From assembly GCA_044892525.1 (NCBI GenBank), contig CM097885.1:51586001-51650000 (forward strand): a stretch of 64,000 nt of DNA. Reading direction: 5' to 3'. The translations under genes were made by a program, and so were the position numbers. The notes beneath the pieces are model-generated. The model did not search any database and had not been told where the DNA came from. It saw only the letters and a list, made by a program, of their open reading frames with translations. This document shows, piece after piece, positions 1 to 13,389 of this stretch (position 1 is the first letter of the stretch; each line of letters opens with the position of its first letter). This DNA comes from Schmidtea polychroa. Lineage: Eukaryota.

Positions 1-511
1 AACTTCAAGAGTGTATCCATAAGACAAAGATTCAAGATTTATATTCCTACATTCATCCATTATTAAATCAAATCCATCAAGAACCCAACTAAATTCGCCA
101 CAAGGTAATGGTTGACTTTAAGCCCAACCGTAAAGATTATTAATATCTATATAAAGTAACTTGGTGTTTCCATCGGTTTTTACATGTTTATTTACAAAAG
201 TAAGACCGCCTCTTATTCCACCCTCATAAAAGCTAATATTTCGTTTTCAGTTATCAGTTCAATCAGTTCATCTAAAGACATTAATGCAGAAGACCAAGAC
301 ATACCAGGAATTCCGAAGTAATTCAATGGTTCTAACCTATTATGAGCAATAGATTTCAAACGAAATTGTTGGAAGAAATCAGCCAAAAGAAAACAATCAA
401 GTTTTAAGTATATCATCATGTAGTCTAATAAAGTTACGCAATTAGTTTCAACCCAAATCTCCTGAGCTTTTTCATATTCAAGTTCAGTGACACCTTCCCA
501 GATTGGTGGTA
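1..511 (-). pseudogene. polB: Element B pPolB, 3' portion
   Basis: PPIW...YLKLDCFLLAD...GIPGMSW...IDINNLYGW with frameshift/stop. Confidence 0.92.
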
Positions 512-2564
<2,053 letters not shown>

Positions 2565-2743
2565 GACTCCACCGTTATTGTTGTATTGTGTGAGCACACA
2601 CTCGTTATAATAATTAGCAATATGAATAGAGTTTTCATGGTGTATCAAATCAAAACCTTTCTTTTACATTTATAGTCTATCAACCAATCAAAATCATCCG
2701 GTATTAGTATAAATAAAACATCATATTTTAAATTATTGTAAAA

Positions 2744-3264
2744 ATGTCTCAATTTATGGAAAATCTTTTAAGAGAACTCGTCAACAGGAATATTATGGAA
2801 AGCCTATGTTTCCTGGTCGATCGGACCGAAAAGATTATAGAAGGTAATCACATTGATTATGACGATGTGATCAATTCTGATTGTCTCGAAACCAAAAAAT
2901 TCTATTTTAATAGAATTTTTAACTGTCTATGCGACGATCAGATGAAGTGGACCCGAATACTAGTAGGGTTCGCTTATATGAAAATAATAATCCAAAGAAG
3001 TCTATGGGACTCAGAGCACTATTATCAGTGGTCTCAAGAAGTAATACTTTTATAATTTATATTTTATTAATATTTATTTTCTAGATAATCAAGTCAAAGT
3101 TTCAACCATGGATTGAAGCCAATGGCGGATGGGGAGTACTCAATCAACTCGCCAGAAATGCAAAAGAAATAGACGATCAGAAAAGAAAATTTAAAAACTA
3201 TGTAAAACTTGCAACAGGTGTTGCTATTTTGTATATTTTAACCAGATTTTTAAATAAAAATTAA
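2744..3264 (+). CDS. Bcl-2 family protein, 2 exons (2744-3040, 3085-3264), 158 aa
   Basis: 44-nt GT-AG intron at 3041-3084, phase 0. BH1-like DDQMKWTRILVGFAY, BH2 WIEANGGW and C-terminal TM tail (LATGVAILYILTRFL). Confidence 0.88.
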
Positions 3265-3347
3265 TATAGTTATTTTTGTTTGATTTTTAAATAAATTTTT
3301 AAATAACATTTTAAATAAATTTACAAACACTAATTAACTAAGATTTA

Positions 3348-3725
3348 TTAATTAACACATTCGCAGTCGTCATCTCCACATTTCATTATATTTTCAACGA
3401 CATGATCAATACAATCATTCGTAATATTATCTTTAGATTCATCTTTAGGTTCCTCTATAGGTTCCTCTATAGGTTCATAGATTTCCTCTTGAGTTTCTTC
3501 CTCATCAATTTCTTGAGTTTCTTCCTCATCATCAAATCCTGTATCTTGACTCTCAACTAACCAGCCGATATTTAAGGCATTTGTAATAGATAATATATCC
3601 TCCATTTTCACACCAGATATTTCTGCTAACTTTTCCAACAAAAAGTTGATTAAAAATTCTAAATAATAAATAATTCGGTAATTAATTAATTAATCATGTT
3701 AACCTTTTTCTACAGTCATTTTCAT
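3348..3725 (-). CDS. Small acidic hypothetical protein, 2 exons (3725-3704, 3658-3348)
   Basis: A 45-nt GT-AG intron (3659-3703) joins MKMTVEK in frame to the E/D-rich ORF. Confidence 0.6.
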
Positions 3726-3854
3726 CACTTTAAAACTAAATTATAAGTTTGTTTATAGATTTTCTTTGTTAAATTTGCATGTCATTTGCATTTATGTTGC
3801 AATTAATAAAGAGAAAAAAAACAAATCTGACTAATACATTTATTAAATATAACA

Positions 3855-4265
3855 TTAAAATATTTGTGAAAGTCTAGCAGACATAATTTTCCAAATAGGA
3901 GAATATACATCATTATTATCAACTTTATATCCCTGGATTGCAATTGTTATATACCAATTTTCATTTTCTTTGAAAGCGATTTCATCAAAGGAATCATAAA
4001 ATCTTGCATATTTATTGTTGAACCATGCATGTTGATTACACGATAGATTCGAATCTATCCGTTTAAAAACATCATCAATAGTTTTGACATCAATCATTGA
4101 AAGCGTGCCGGATAAGAATTCAAATTTAGTTGGAATTAGCTTGACTGGTGCAACCAATTTCATATTGATTTCTTCTTTCAAAAAATACATTTTGTAGTTG
4201 TGGAACATTTGAACTGGTTGTACCATTTCTTTAGGTTTTTCGGTGCTTGAAATTTTCTTGGTCAT
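3855..4265 (-). CDS. Hypothetical protein, possible OB-fold ssDNA-binding protein
   Basis: 136-aa ORF with TATA- and CCAAT-like upstream motifs. The C-terminal pattern YITIAIQGYK..SPIWKI recalls viral SSBs (weak). Confidence 0.5.
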   Translation of the reverse strand: MTKKISSTEKPKEMVQPVQMFHNYKMYFLKEEINMKLVAPVKLIPTKFEFLSGTLSMIDVKTIDDVFKRIDSNLSCNQHAWFNNKYARFYDSFDEIAFKENENWYITIAIQGYKVDNNDVYSPIWKIMSARLSQIF

Positions 4266-4636
4266 CGTGAATAATGAATAAATTTAAATGTTACAGGGTT
4301 TTTATACCTTGGACTCATGCCTATCAACCAATCAGATTATAGCATGTCTTTGTTTAAATTGCATTCAAAATGCATTGATGTTGCATTGATGTTGCATTGT
4401 CACATGTTCTATTTACAGATTTATTATTAATGTTTAAATTATTACATGTTTTGATATATGTACAGATTTATTATTAATATGTTTCATTATTATTAATGTT
4501 TTTACTATTATTACTATTCATATTTCTATTACTATTATTATTATTATTACTATTACTATTATTATTATTATTATTTCAAATATAAAACACAATAAAACAC
4601 AATAAAAAAGATAAAACACAATAAAAAATACATTTA

Positions 4637-5101
4637 TTAATAACCAAAATCTACAATCTTGGAGTAGTGAAACCTTCTCAGAGTTTTCACTAACTCCCAT
4701 TCGACATATCGCCGATATCGATCGGCGCAACATGAGCATCCGATGATGCACTGGTACTCTGGCTCCATTTGTTTGATGGTTCTGTTAATCTTTATATCCC
4801 ACAGAAACTGGTGAAATACATCCATGATTCGAATTTGAGTCGCATAGAATATCAGATCTGGAATGATCTCAGGTTCGCGATCCTTGATAATTTCAATAAT
4901 TTGAGGATAATAATATTTTATCCTTTTTATCATAACTTCTAAATATTTCTCTAAAATAATAAATAGTAAATAATGTGAAAAAAAAATTTTAAATTTACCG
5001 GAATCGTCGATATCTTTCATGAGGGTTGCAGAGCTTGGTAATTTGTACATAGTGTTGAAAAAATGAATTCTAAACAAAAACCGTTTGTTTAAATCAATCA
5101 A
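4637..5101 (-). CDS. Hypothetical protein with Cys cluster (CIIGCSCC)
   Basis: 154-aa ORF inside the element; no family recognised and start uncertain. Confidence 0.5.
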   Translation of the reverse strand: MIDLNKRFLFRIHFFNTMYKLPSSATLMKDIDDSGKFKIFFSHYLLFIILEKYLEVMIKRIKYYYPQIIEIIKDREPEIIPDLIFYATQIRIMDVFHQFLWDIKINRTIKQMEPEYQCIIGCSCCADRYRRYVEWELVKTLRRFHYSKIVDFGY

Positions 5102-5123
5102 TAACCAATTAGAAATTAACCAA

Positions 5124-5561
5124 TTAGAAATCGACCAATGAAATTATCTCATTTCGAACATTGTCAACAAATTCTCTATACTCCAAATTTCTCAACCCCA
5201 ACATGACAACCTTTCCACTAGCAAACACGTTGACACATATAGGGTTATATTTTAATAGTCTTAGTGCCGGAAACAATTCCGGTTCAAACATACAATCACA
5301 TTTTTTCGACATGTTATATAGATTGATACTATGTCCCATATCCATAGTAACGGTAATTGATTGGATTTTAATATTATTTATTCGATATTGTAATTTATTA
5401 ATATCCAAAGGTTTCTTACATCCCATGATTCTGCATTTACCAGTCTTGAAAAATATTATCGGATATTTCCCACTTCTATCGATAATTTGCTGGGGTTTCC
5501 CTGGTGGGAACCTCATATTCGATACATCAAAATTTCCTCGATAATTTATATTTGCTAACAT
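5124..5561 (-). CDS. TATA-binding-protein (TBP)-like protein, 145 aa
   Basis: Two TBP repeats: IFFKTGKCRIMG and FEPELFPAL...VFASGKVVMLG. Homolog at 29051-29527. Confidence 0.88.
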   Translation of the reverse strand: MLANINYRGNFDVSNMRFPPGKPQQIIDRSGKYPIIFFKTGKCRIMGCKKPLDINKLQYRINNIKIQSITVTMDMGHSINLYNMSKKCDCMFEPELFPALRLLKYNPICVNVFASGKVVMLGLRNLEYREFVDNVRNEIISLVDF

Positions 5562-5660
5562 TATTAAATCATTTATGAAAATTAGTCTTTATATACAAAT
5601 TGAGCACGAGTTCATTAAATCATCGAATATAAACAAATACACATTTATAAAATCTTTGAA

Positions 5661-6287
5661 ATGGAATTAAGAAATGATGCTGTATACCAAATCGTTGGTC
5701 CGAGTGGTAGTGGAAAAACATTATTTGTTTGTAAATTACTAAAATCCAATTTATTCAAATCAAAATTCAACAGGATTTATTGGCATAGGGGTGCTGATGA
5801 AGAACATGGAATTACTCAATCAAGTTTCTGTAAATTAAAAAACATGAAAATAGTAAAGGGATTCGATAAAAACTGGTCCAGCCGATTAAAGAAAGGCGAT
5901 GTCATTATTATCGATGATTTGTATCAAGAAGCTAATAAAGAAAAGGACTTTAATAATTTATTCACAAAGATTAGCAGACATGTCGGTGTAACAGTTATTT
6001 TCATAACTCAAAATCTATTTCATCAAGGTGGGGCACATCGAACACGTAATTTAAATGTACAATATTAAGTCATTTTCAAGAATCCTAGAGATGCAACAGT
6101 GATTGATTTTCTTGCACGTCAAGCATACCCTAACAATCGTAATTTTCTTATCAGTGCATTTCAAGATGCTACAAAAATACCTCATGGATATATATTTCTT
6201 GATTTCACACAACAATGTCCCGATGATTTACGTGTAAAAACAGATATTTTCAACCCAAAAGGTGCCATGGTTTATAAACAAAGTTGA
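5661..6287 (+). pseudogene. A32/FtsK-like packaging ATPase with one in-frame stop (6066-6068)
   Basis: Walker A GPSGSGKT, Walker B IIIDD, ITQN, FKNPRD. TAA lies where element B has TTA (QYL). Confidence 0.9.
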
Positions 6288-6305
6288 AAACCTCTATGAA
6301 TAATA

Positions 6306-6839
6306 ATGTTTCTAAAAGCAAGGGTGAAAAATATTAGGAAATTAAGAAAAGGTATTAGAAAGACTATTAAAGTTCCAAAGGTTCCACCAACAACTAGTTA
6401 TACACCATCTAAAAAACTTGTAACTGAAAATTTCTCTGCAATGAATCTTATTTCGAAAAATCCTAAACCTAAACGTAAAACCCGTAAAACCCGTAAAACC
6501 GGTAAAAAAGTAGTTAAAAATCATCGCAGTTTTCCATTTTTTAATGCATTGTTAAAGGCTCCGAGTATGAAAAGAATGAATATATTGCAATCATTCCCAA
6601 ATTTTGTTGTCGATGATTTACTCAATATTATACTTAAAGTAGTCAAAGGCAAAATTAAAATCAGTAAATCAAAAAAGCATTTATTGAGCAAACATAGGAA
6701 ACCTTTATTATCTTTAGTAAATAATAAAAATCGTAAGCAAATGAGGAAAATTATATATAAACAACAAGGTGGATTTATTGGTGCCTTGATACCTCTGGCA
6801 TTATCATTATTAGGTGGAGTTGTAGGAAATCAATCATAA
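6306..6839 (+). CDS. Basic core protein with adenovirus pX-like C-terminus
   Basis: K/R-rich, ending QQGG-FIGALIPLALSLLGG (protease site followed by a hydrophobic helix). Homolog in element B. Confidence 0.75.
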   Translation: MFLKARVKNIRKLRKGIRKTIKVPKVPPTTSYTPSKKLVTENFSAMNLISKNPKPKRKTRKTRKTGKKVVKNHRSFPFFNALLKAPSMKRMNILQSFPNFVVDDLLNIILKVVKGKIKISKSKKHLLSKHRKPLLSLVNNKNRKQMRKIIYKQQGGFIGALIPLALSLLGGVVGNQS

Positions 6840-6900
6840 ACAATGGGTGCTAATCCTTCATTGCCCGACATTAAATTTAATTTTAAATCTTCTTGTTGTA

Positions 6901-8022
<1,122 letters not shown>

Positions 8023-8026
<4 letters not shown>

Positions 8027-9027
8027 ATTTTTATATTATTTTACCTAGCAATAGCTGTCCACTTATTCATCCAGATAATAAAGCCAGCAAATTCAGGGTC
8101 AATCTTCAAAATCCGATATATTTGGATAATAGCTGGGAAGTTGCTCTGTTGGATTTTACATTTGTATACCAAGCCTTTCCATTTTATAGTAAGGCTAAAA
8201 TTGGATACAAAAAGAATGAGTGGCAGGATAGATTATTGTCTATGATCATTGATAATGCAGATGATGAAGTTCGGTTGTCTAACTCAACTGATCCAGCTGT
8301 GAAAATGTATATTAACCATTCATATATAGTAGTTGAATGTAAACATTATCCTTTTACTGTAAAATTTGATAGTTTGGAAATGGCAAAACGATTGGAATTA
8401 AAAACCCAAAGTCATAAAGTTCTTTCCGATAAATTCACTATGCTACGACCGGGATATTCCAAAACTGTACAGCGATTTGAACCAATTTTATTTACAGTTT
8501 CATATCCGGGTATAACGTCTGGTACATTTGAGTTCAAAGATAATTTATACATTTCGAAATTGGATGAATTACAGACATATTTAAAACAAAGTGGTTTATT
8601 TAAATCATTGGAAATATCAGACAGATTCAAATTCAGTTTGAATCCCGAATTTACTGAAATTACTTTTGATGCAAATCTAATAAAAACATTAGGATTATCA
8701 AAAGCAACATATGCTCAAGATGATCAAGGTACCCTAGCTCCGAAAATAATTAAACTTCACCAACAAATGTTCATCTATAGTAATATTGTTGATCCTGTAA
8801 TTGTTGGCGATTCTTTGGTCCCACTCCTGAAATCTGTTTGGATTGAAAAATATGAACATGATGAAGTAGTCAATATAAATATCGATAATCCCATGTATTT
8901 ACCTGTGTCAACCTCATGTATAAACAATATAGAAATAAATATACGTGATGATTCTGGTAAATTAATCGCATTTCCAAAAGATTCAAAAACTCATTTAACA
9001 TTACATTTTCGTAAAGTAGATGGCTAA
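8023..9027 (+). CDS. Minor capsid (penton, PX) protein
   Basis: FYIILPSNS..N..SKF..WEVAL start and VGD..VPLL..Y.PV...IEINIRD...LHFR end. ATGA overlap with the integrase stop. Confidence 0.88.
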
Positions 9028-9385
9028 TTCGGATATTATAAGTATGTATAGTGGTAGCCAATCTGGCGGTGAATTACCATATTTTATTGGTAAACAGTAC
9101 GGATCAGGATGGTTGAGAACAATTGGTAGATTTGCACTTCCTATTCTTAAACGTATTGGTAGTTTTGGTATGAAAACTGCTAAAGATGTTATTATGAATG
9201 AACAGAAAATATTACCATCTCTAAAATCAAATGCTTTAGCAGAATTAGGGAAAGTTTTACCCGGGGTTGCAGGTATGTTTCAAAAACCAGCTCCAGCTCC
9301 AGCTCATGCTCCAAAACGTAAAAGACATGGAATTTCACGTATAAACAAACGAATGAAAGGCCATGGAACTATATTTGCAAAATGA
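9020..9385 (+). CDS. Polinton PW-like small virion protein
   Basis: QYGSGWLRTIGRFALPILKR amphipathic helix; lies between mCP and MCP. Confidence 0.75.
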   Translation: MANSDIISMYSGSQSGGELPYFIGKQYGSGWLRTIGRFALPILKRIGSFGMKTAKDVIMNEQKILPSLKSNALAELGKVLPGVAGMFQKPAPAPAHAPKRKRHGISRINKRMKGHGTIFAK

Positions 9386-10604
9386 TTTGTGGGAAATCTG
9401 AATTATGTATATTTGATAGACCGTCGCCCCAGGCTGTAATAGAATTTGGGGCGTTTGAGGAAGTTTTTCCAATGAATTCAATTACTGATAGTAGAAATGA
9501 TATAGAGTTTTATATTAATGGTTCGCAAACTGAATATTTAGATTTGAACGATACTTTATTGACTGTTCAGATCAAGGTTATAGATAAAGATAAAAAAGCT
9601 TTGGGTGATGCTGCTGATGCAATACCGAACAATTTCATGTTTCATACTCTTTTTAAAGATGCTGTGTTGGGATTTAATAATATCAAGATTGAAGGTGGTA
9701 ATAATACATTCATTCACAAGGCTTTGATAGAAACTATTTTAAATTACAATTCCGATACTAAAAATACATGTCTTACTCCAATGGGATATGCTGCAACCGA
9801 CGATGAAAGAAAAAAGTGGATTAAAGGCTCAAAAACATTCACCATGTGTTCATCGTTACAACTCGATTTTATGGATCAACCGAAATATTTGCTTCCAGGA
9901 GTTAATGTCCACATTCGATTGAAAAGATCCGATTCTGCACTAACTCTTACTAGTGCTACAGGTGCACCAATATGTCAATTAGTTGATGCAAAATTATTGG
10001 TGAGAAGAGTTCGAGTAGACCCCTCAGTATTAGCTGGTCATCAATTGGGTCTTAATTCAAAACATGCAATTTATCCATTAAAAACAAAGGAAATTGTACA
10101 ATTTGCTATTGCTAAAGGTGCTTCATCATTCTATAAAGAACAAATATTTGGTGACAGAAGAATGCCTAATTTTATTCTGATAACATTTCAAAGTGAAGCA
10201 CAATATAATGGATCATATACTGCGTCCAGCTCAATTTTAAAAACTTTGGTGTTACATCATTGACTTTGTCGAAAAATACTGATTATAGAGAAACATATAT
10301 TCAAGATTTCGAGAATGACAATTACTGCGCGACATATATGCAGAGTATTGTTAGAAATCTCGGTTATTTAGATAAAAATTTGAATTGCGGAATAACACTA
10401 GAAGAATTTAAAAGCAAATACCCATTTTTTACATTTGTTTTAGCCCCTGATTTTGATTTAAATCAAAGTCAATTACCTCAAAATGGAAATTTACGACTGG
10501 ATATAAAGTTTGCAAAAGCTATTACTGAACCAGTACATGTTATAATATATGGAGTATTTGAAAATGAAGTTCAAATTACTGCAAATAGAACAGTGTTGGT
10601 ATAA
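9382..10604 (+). pseudogene. Double jelly-roll major capsid protein (PY) with a 1-nt frameshift at ~10235-10238
   Basis: CGKSELCIF start and GNLRLDIKFA end. Adding one T gives SIFKNFGVTSLTLSK, matching element B SIFDHFNVKSITLSK. Confidence 0.9.
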
Positions 10605-10631
10605 ATGTATACAGAAACACAAAAAGTTATC

Positions 10632-11016
10632 ATGGAGTAAGATGTTTTTTATACTCTGGATTTATTTAAAGAGTTCTGTTCAGGTCAATAAAATCGGAAA
10701 ACAGATATTGGGAAATGAATTTGTTGGAGTTTTTCCTCTTGATAAAATTCCATATTTGAGCAATAATCAAGCAATAATCGTCAATACTCAATCGTCTCAT
10801 CTTGGTGGAGAACATTGGATAGCTATATATGTGAAACCTGGTAATATATTCGTGTTCGATCCTATGGGTTTCTATTACCCAGCTTTGTTGATATCAAAAC
10901 TACAAACAATGGGAAAACCTATTGTGTATAATAAAACTATGTTTCAAAATCCTTTGACCCAAACATGCGGTCAACATTGTTTAGCTTGGTTATTGTACAA
11001 AAAATTTGATGTTTAA
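10632..11016 (+). CDS. Adenain-like cysteine protease, predicted intron 10637-10673
   Basis: GEHW, FDPMG and QNPLTQTCGQHC catalytic motifs. Spliced start MDSVQV parallels MNSIQI in element B. Confidence 0.88.
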
Positions 11017-11359
11017 AGAAAAATGTTTAATAAATTTGATGTTTAATAAATGTATCCTTTCCTTTGTTGTTGTGTTATTATTATTAATATTATTATTATT
11101 ATTAATATTATTATTATTATTATTATTATTGTGAAAAATATTATTATTTTTAATTAATTTTATTATTATTCTAATAAATATTATTATTTGTAACATAAAG
11201 ACTGCCTTTGCATGAGGCATGCACAGTGCAAGTTAACAAAGGCATGACTAACAAAGGCAGTCACATGTAATTCTGACTGATTTACATTACATACATGCAT
11301 GCGTGTGATTGGTTGAGAGAGTAAAATATTCAATGTATATATGTGTGTGTCTATATTCT

Positions 11360-11400
11360 CATTGGCTGGGACAGGAAAATATTCATTCTCTTTATAAACA
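11360..11400 (+). promoter_or_regulatory. Conserved promoter of the leader/pPolB unit (ATTGG, GGAAAATATTCATT, TATAAA)
   Basis: The same motifs in the same order occur upstream of the element D leader (~58265-58300, minus strand). Confidence 0.6.
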
Positions 11401-11470
11401 TTGACAAATCTAAAATTTGTCACAATTATTTCAAATTTTTCAAATTTCGATTTCAATTTTAAAAATCTAA

Positions 11471-12136
11471 ATGGCTAACAATAATAAAAATGGAATTCTA
11501 AGAAATCTTTTGACGACAATGGGTAATTTATTTTATTTTATTTTATTATATTTTATTTTATTATTATTTTAGAACCATTCGATTGGTACGATGTAACGGA
11601 AGATGACTCGATATTAACAGTGGATAAGATCTTCGGTAAATTTATTATTATAATTTTTAATAAATTATTTTTTTTTTCAATTCAGAAAATGCTTCAAATA
11701 GCGACGATGATGTCGTCTTTATCGGGGAAAGTAATGCTCCTAATAAGATCTTTGGTAAATTTATTATTATTTTTTTTATTAAATTATTTTTTTTTTTCAA
11801 TTCAGAAAATGTTTACAATAGCGACGATGATGTCGTCTTTATTGGGCAAACTGATGCCCCTAATTATGCCCCAGTTCTCAAAGAAAAAAGTAAATTTTAT
11901 TATTATTTCTATTAAATTAATTTTCATTTCAGAAAATGTTTTAAATGTTGATATTGACGAAGAAGAAATTAATGTCCTCGCATCGGATGATGGTGAAATC
12001 TGTGAGAATGATGGGCAAATCTCATCGGATGATGATCAAATCTCAGAGAATGATGGGCAAATCTCATCGGATGATGATCAAATCTCAGAGAATGATGGGC
12101 AAATCTCTGAGAATGATTCCGACATGGAATCAAAAT
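11471..12136 (+). CDS. Five-exon acidic leader (11471-11522, 11573-11635, 11686-11754, 11806-11889, 11933-12136), predicted 5' part of the pPolB gene
   Basis: Four phase-1 GT-AG introns of 43-51 nt keep one open frame, which ends SDMESK then T|GTAAG donor. Homologous exons in element D. Confidence 0.78.
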
Positions 12137-12699
12137 GTAAGAAATATTTATTTTTATATATATATTTTGTTTTTTATTTATATGTTAAATTTGTAATAAC
12201 TTATTTAAATATTTTGATAAAAAACTTTTTTAAATATTTTAATAAAAATTATGATGAAACTTCTGAAGAAAATGATTTTATGATTTATAATGAAAATATA
12301 CCGAAAAATTATGAAGAAAAATGATTATATGTTTTATAAAGAAAATGATGAAAATATGACGAAAATTATGAATTTATGATGAAGAAAATAGGATGAAAAT
12401 CAATTATGATGAAAATGATTTACAACCAAAATTATGATGAAAATGATTTATGATGATATAATGAAAATGAATTATGATGAAGATATGACGAAAATTATGA
12501 TGAAAATGATTTATGATGATATAATGAAACTTCTGAAGAAAACTATTTTATGATGAAAATTATTTATACCGAAAATTATGAATTTATGATGAAAATGATT
12601 TATGACCAAAATTATGATGAAAATGATTATACTAAGTTTCTGAAAGTTATTATTATCAAAATATTTAAAAAGTGATTACAAATTATGGTTATAAATCCT

Positions 12700-12749
12700 T
12701 GTAGTTTGCAATGTGCATCTACAATAGTTAAAATAATAATAATAATAAT

Positions 12750-12786
<37 letters not shown>

Positions 12787-13134
12787 TAGTCTACAGTGAG
12801 CATGTAGCTACATAGTAGTCTGCAGTGAGCATGCAGCTACTTTTCTTTTATATAATAATAATAATATATAAATAATAATTAGACCCCGTCTACAGTAGTT
12901 TGCAGTAAGCATGCAGCTACATAGTAGTCTGCAGTGAGCATGCAGCTACTTTTCTTTTATATAATAATAATAATAATAATAATATAAATAATAATAATAA
13001 TAATAATAATATATAAATAATAATATAAATAATAATAATAATATATAAATAATAATCAGACCCTGTCTACAGTAGTTTGCAGTAAGCATGCAGCTACATA
13101 GTAGTCTGCAGTGAGCATGCAGCTACTTTTCTTT

Positions 13135-13185
<51 letters not shown>

Positions 13186-13215
13186 TATAAATAATAATCA
13201 GACCCCGTCTACTAA
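12700..13215. repeat. TAGTCTGCAGTGAGCATGCAGCTA hairpin-motif repeats interspersed with (AAT)n
   Basis: Multiple copies visible; the same motif recurs at 17665-17842. Confidence 0.85.
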
Positions 13216-13389
13216 AATCTCTCTAATATTCTATCGAATATATTAACCTATTTTCTATAATGATTTATCATCATTTGTTATTTAATTCAAATGAACTATA
13301 TAACAAATGATGATAAATCCTTGTAGAAGTAACAATTAGTTTTCTATATAGAAAAAAAACAATAAAATTTTAATTTTATTATTTAACGG

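Noticed and set aside
6060..6075. Programmed readthrough or alternative genetic code at the ATPase TAA
   Set aside because: Element B has TTA here and TAA terminates other genes, so a point mutation is simpler.
11620..12324. 234-aa single-exon ORF
   Set aside because: Runs through introns; the spliced model conserved with element D explains the region better.
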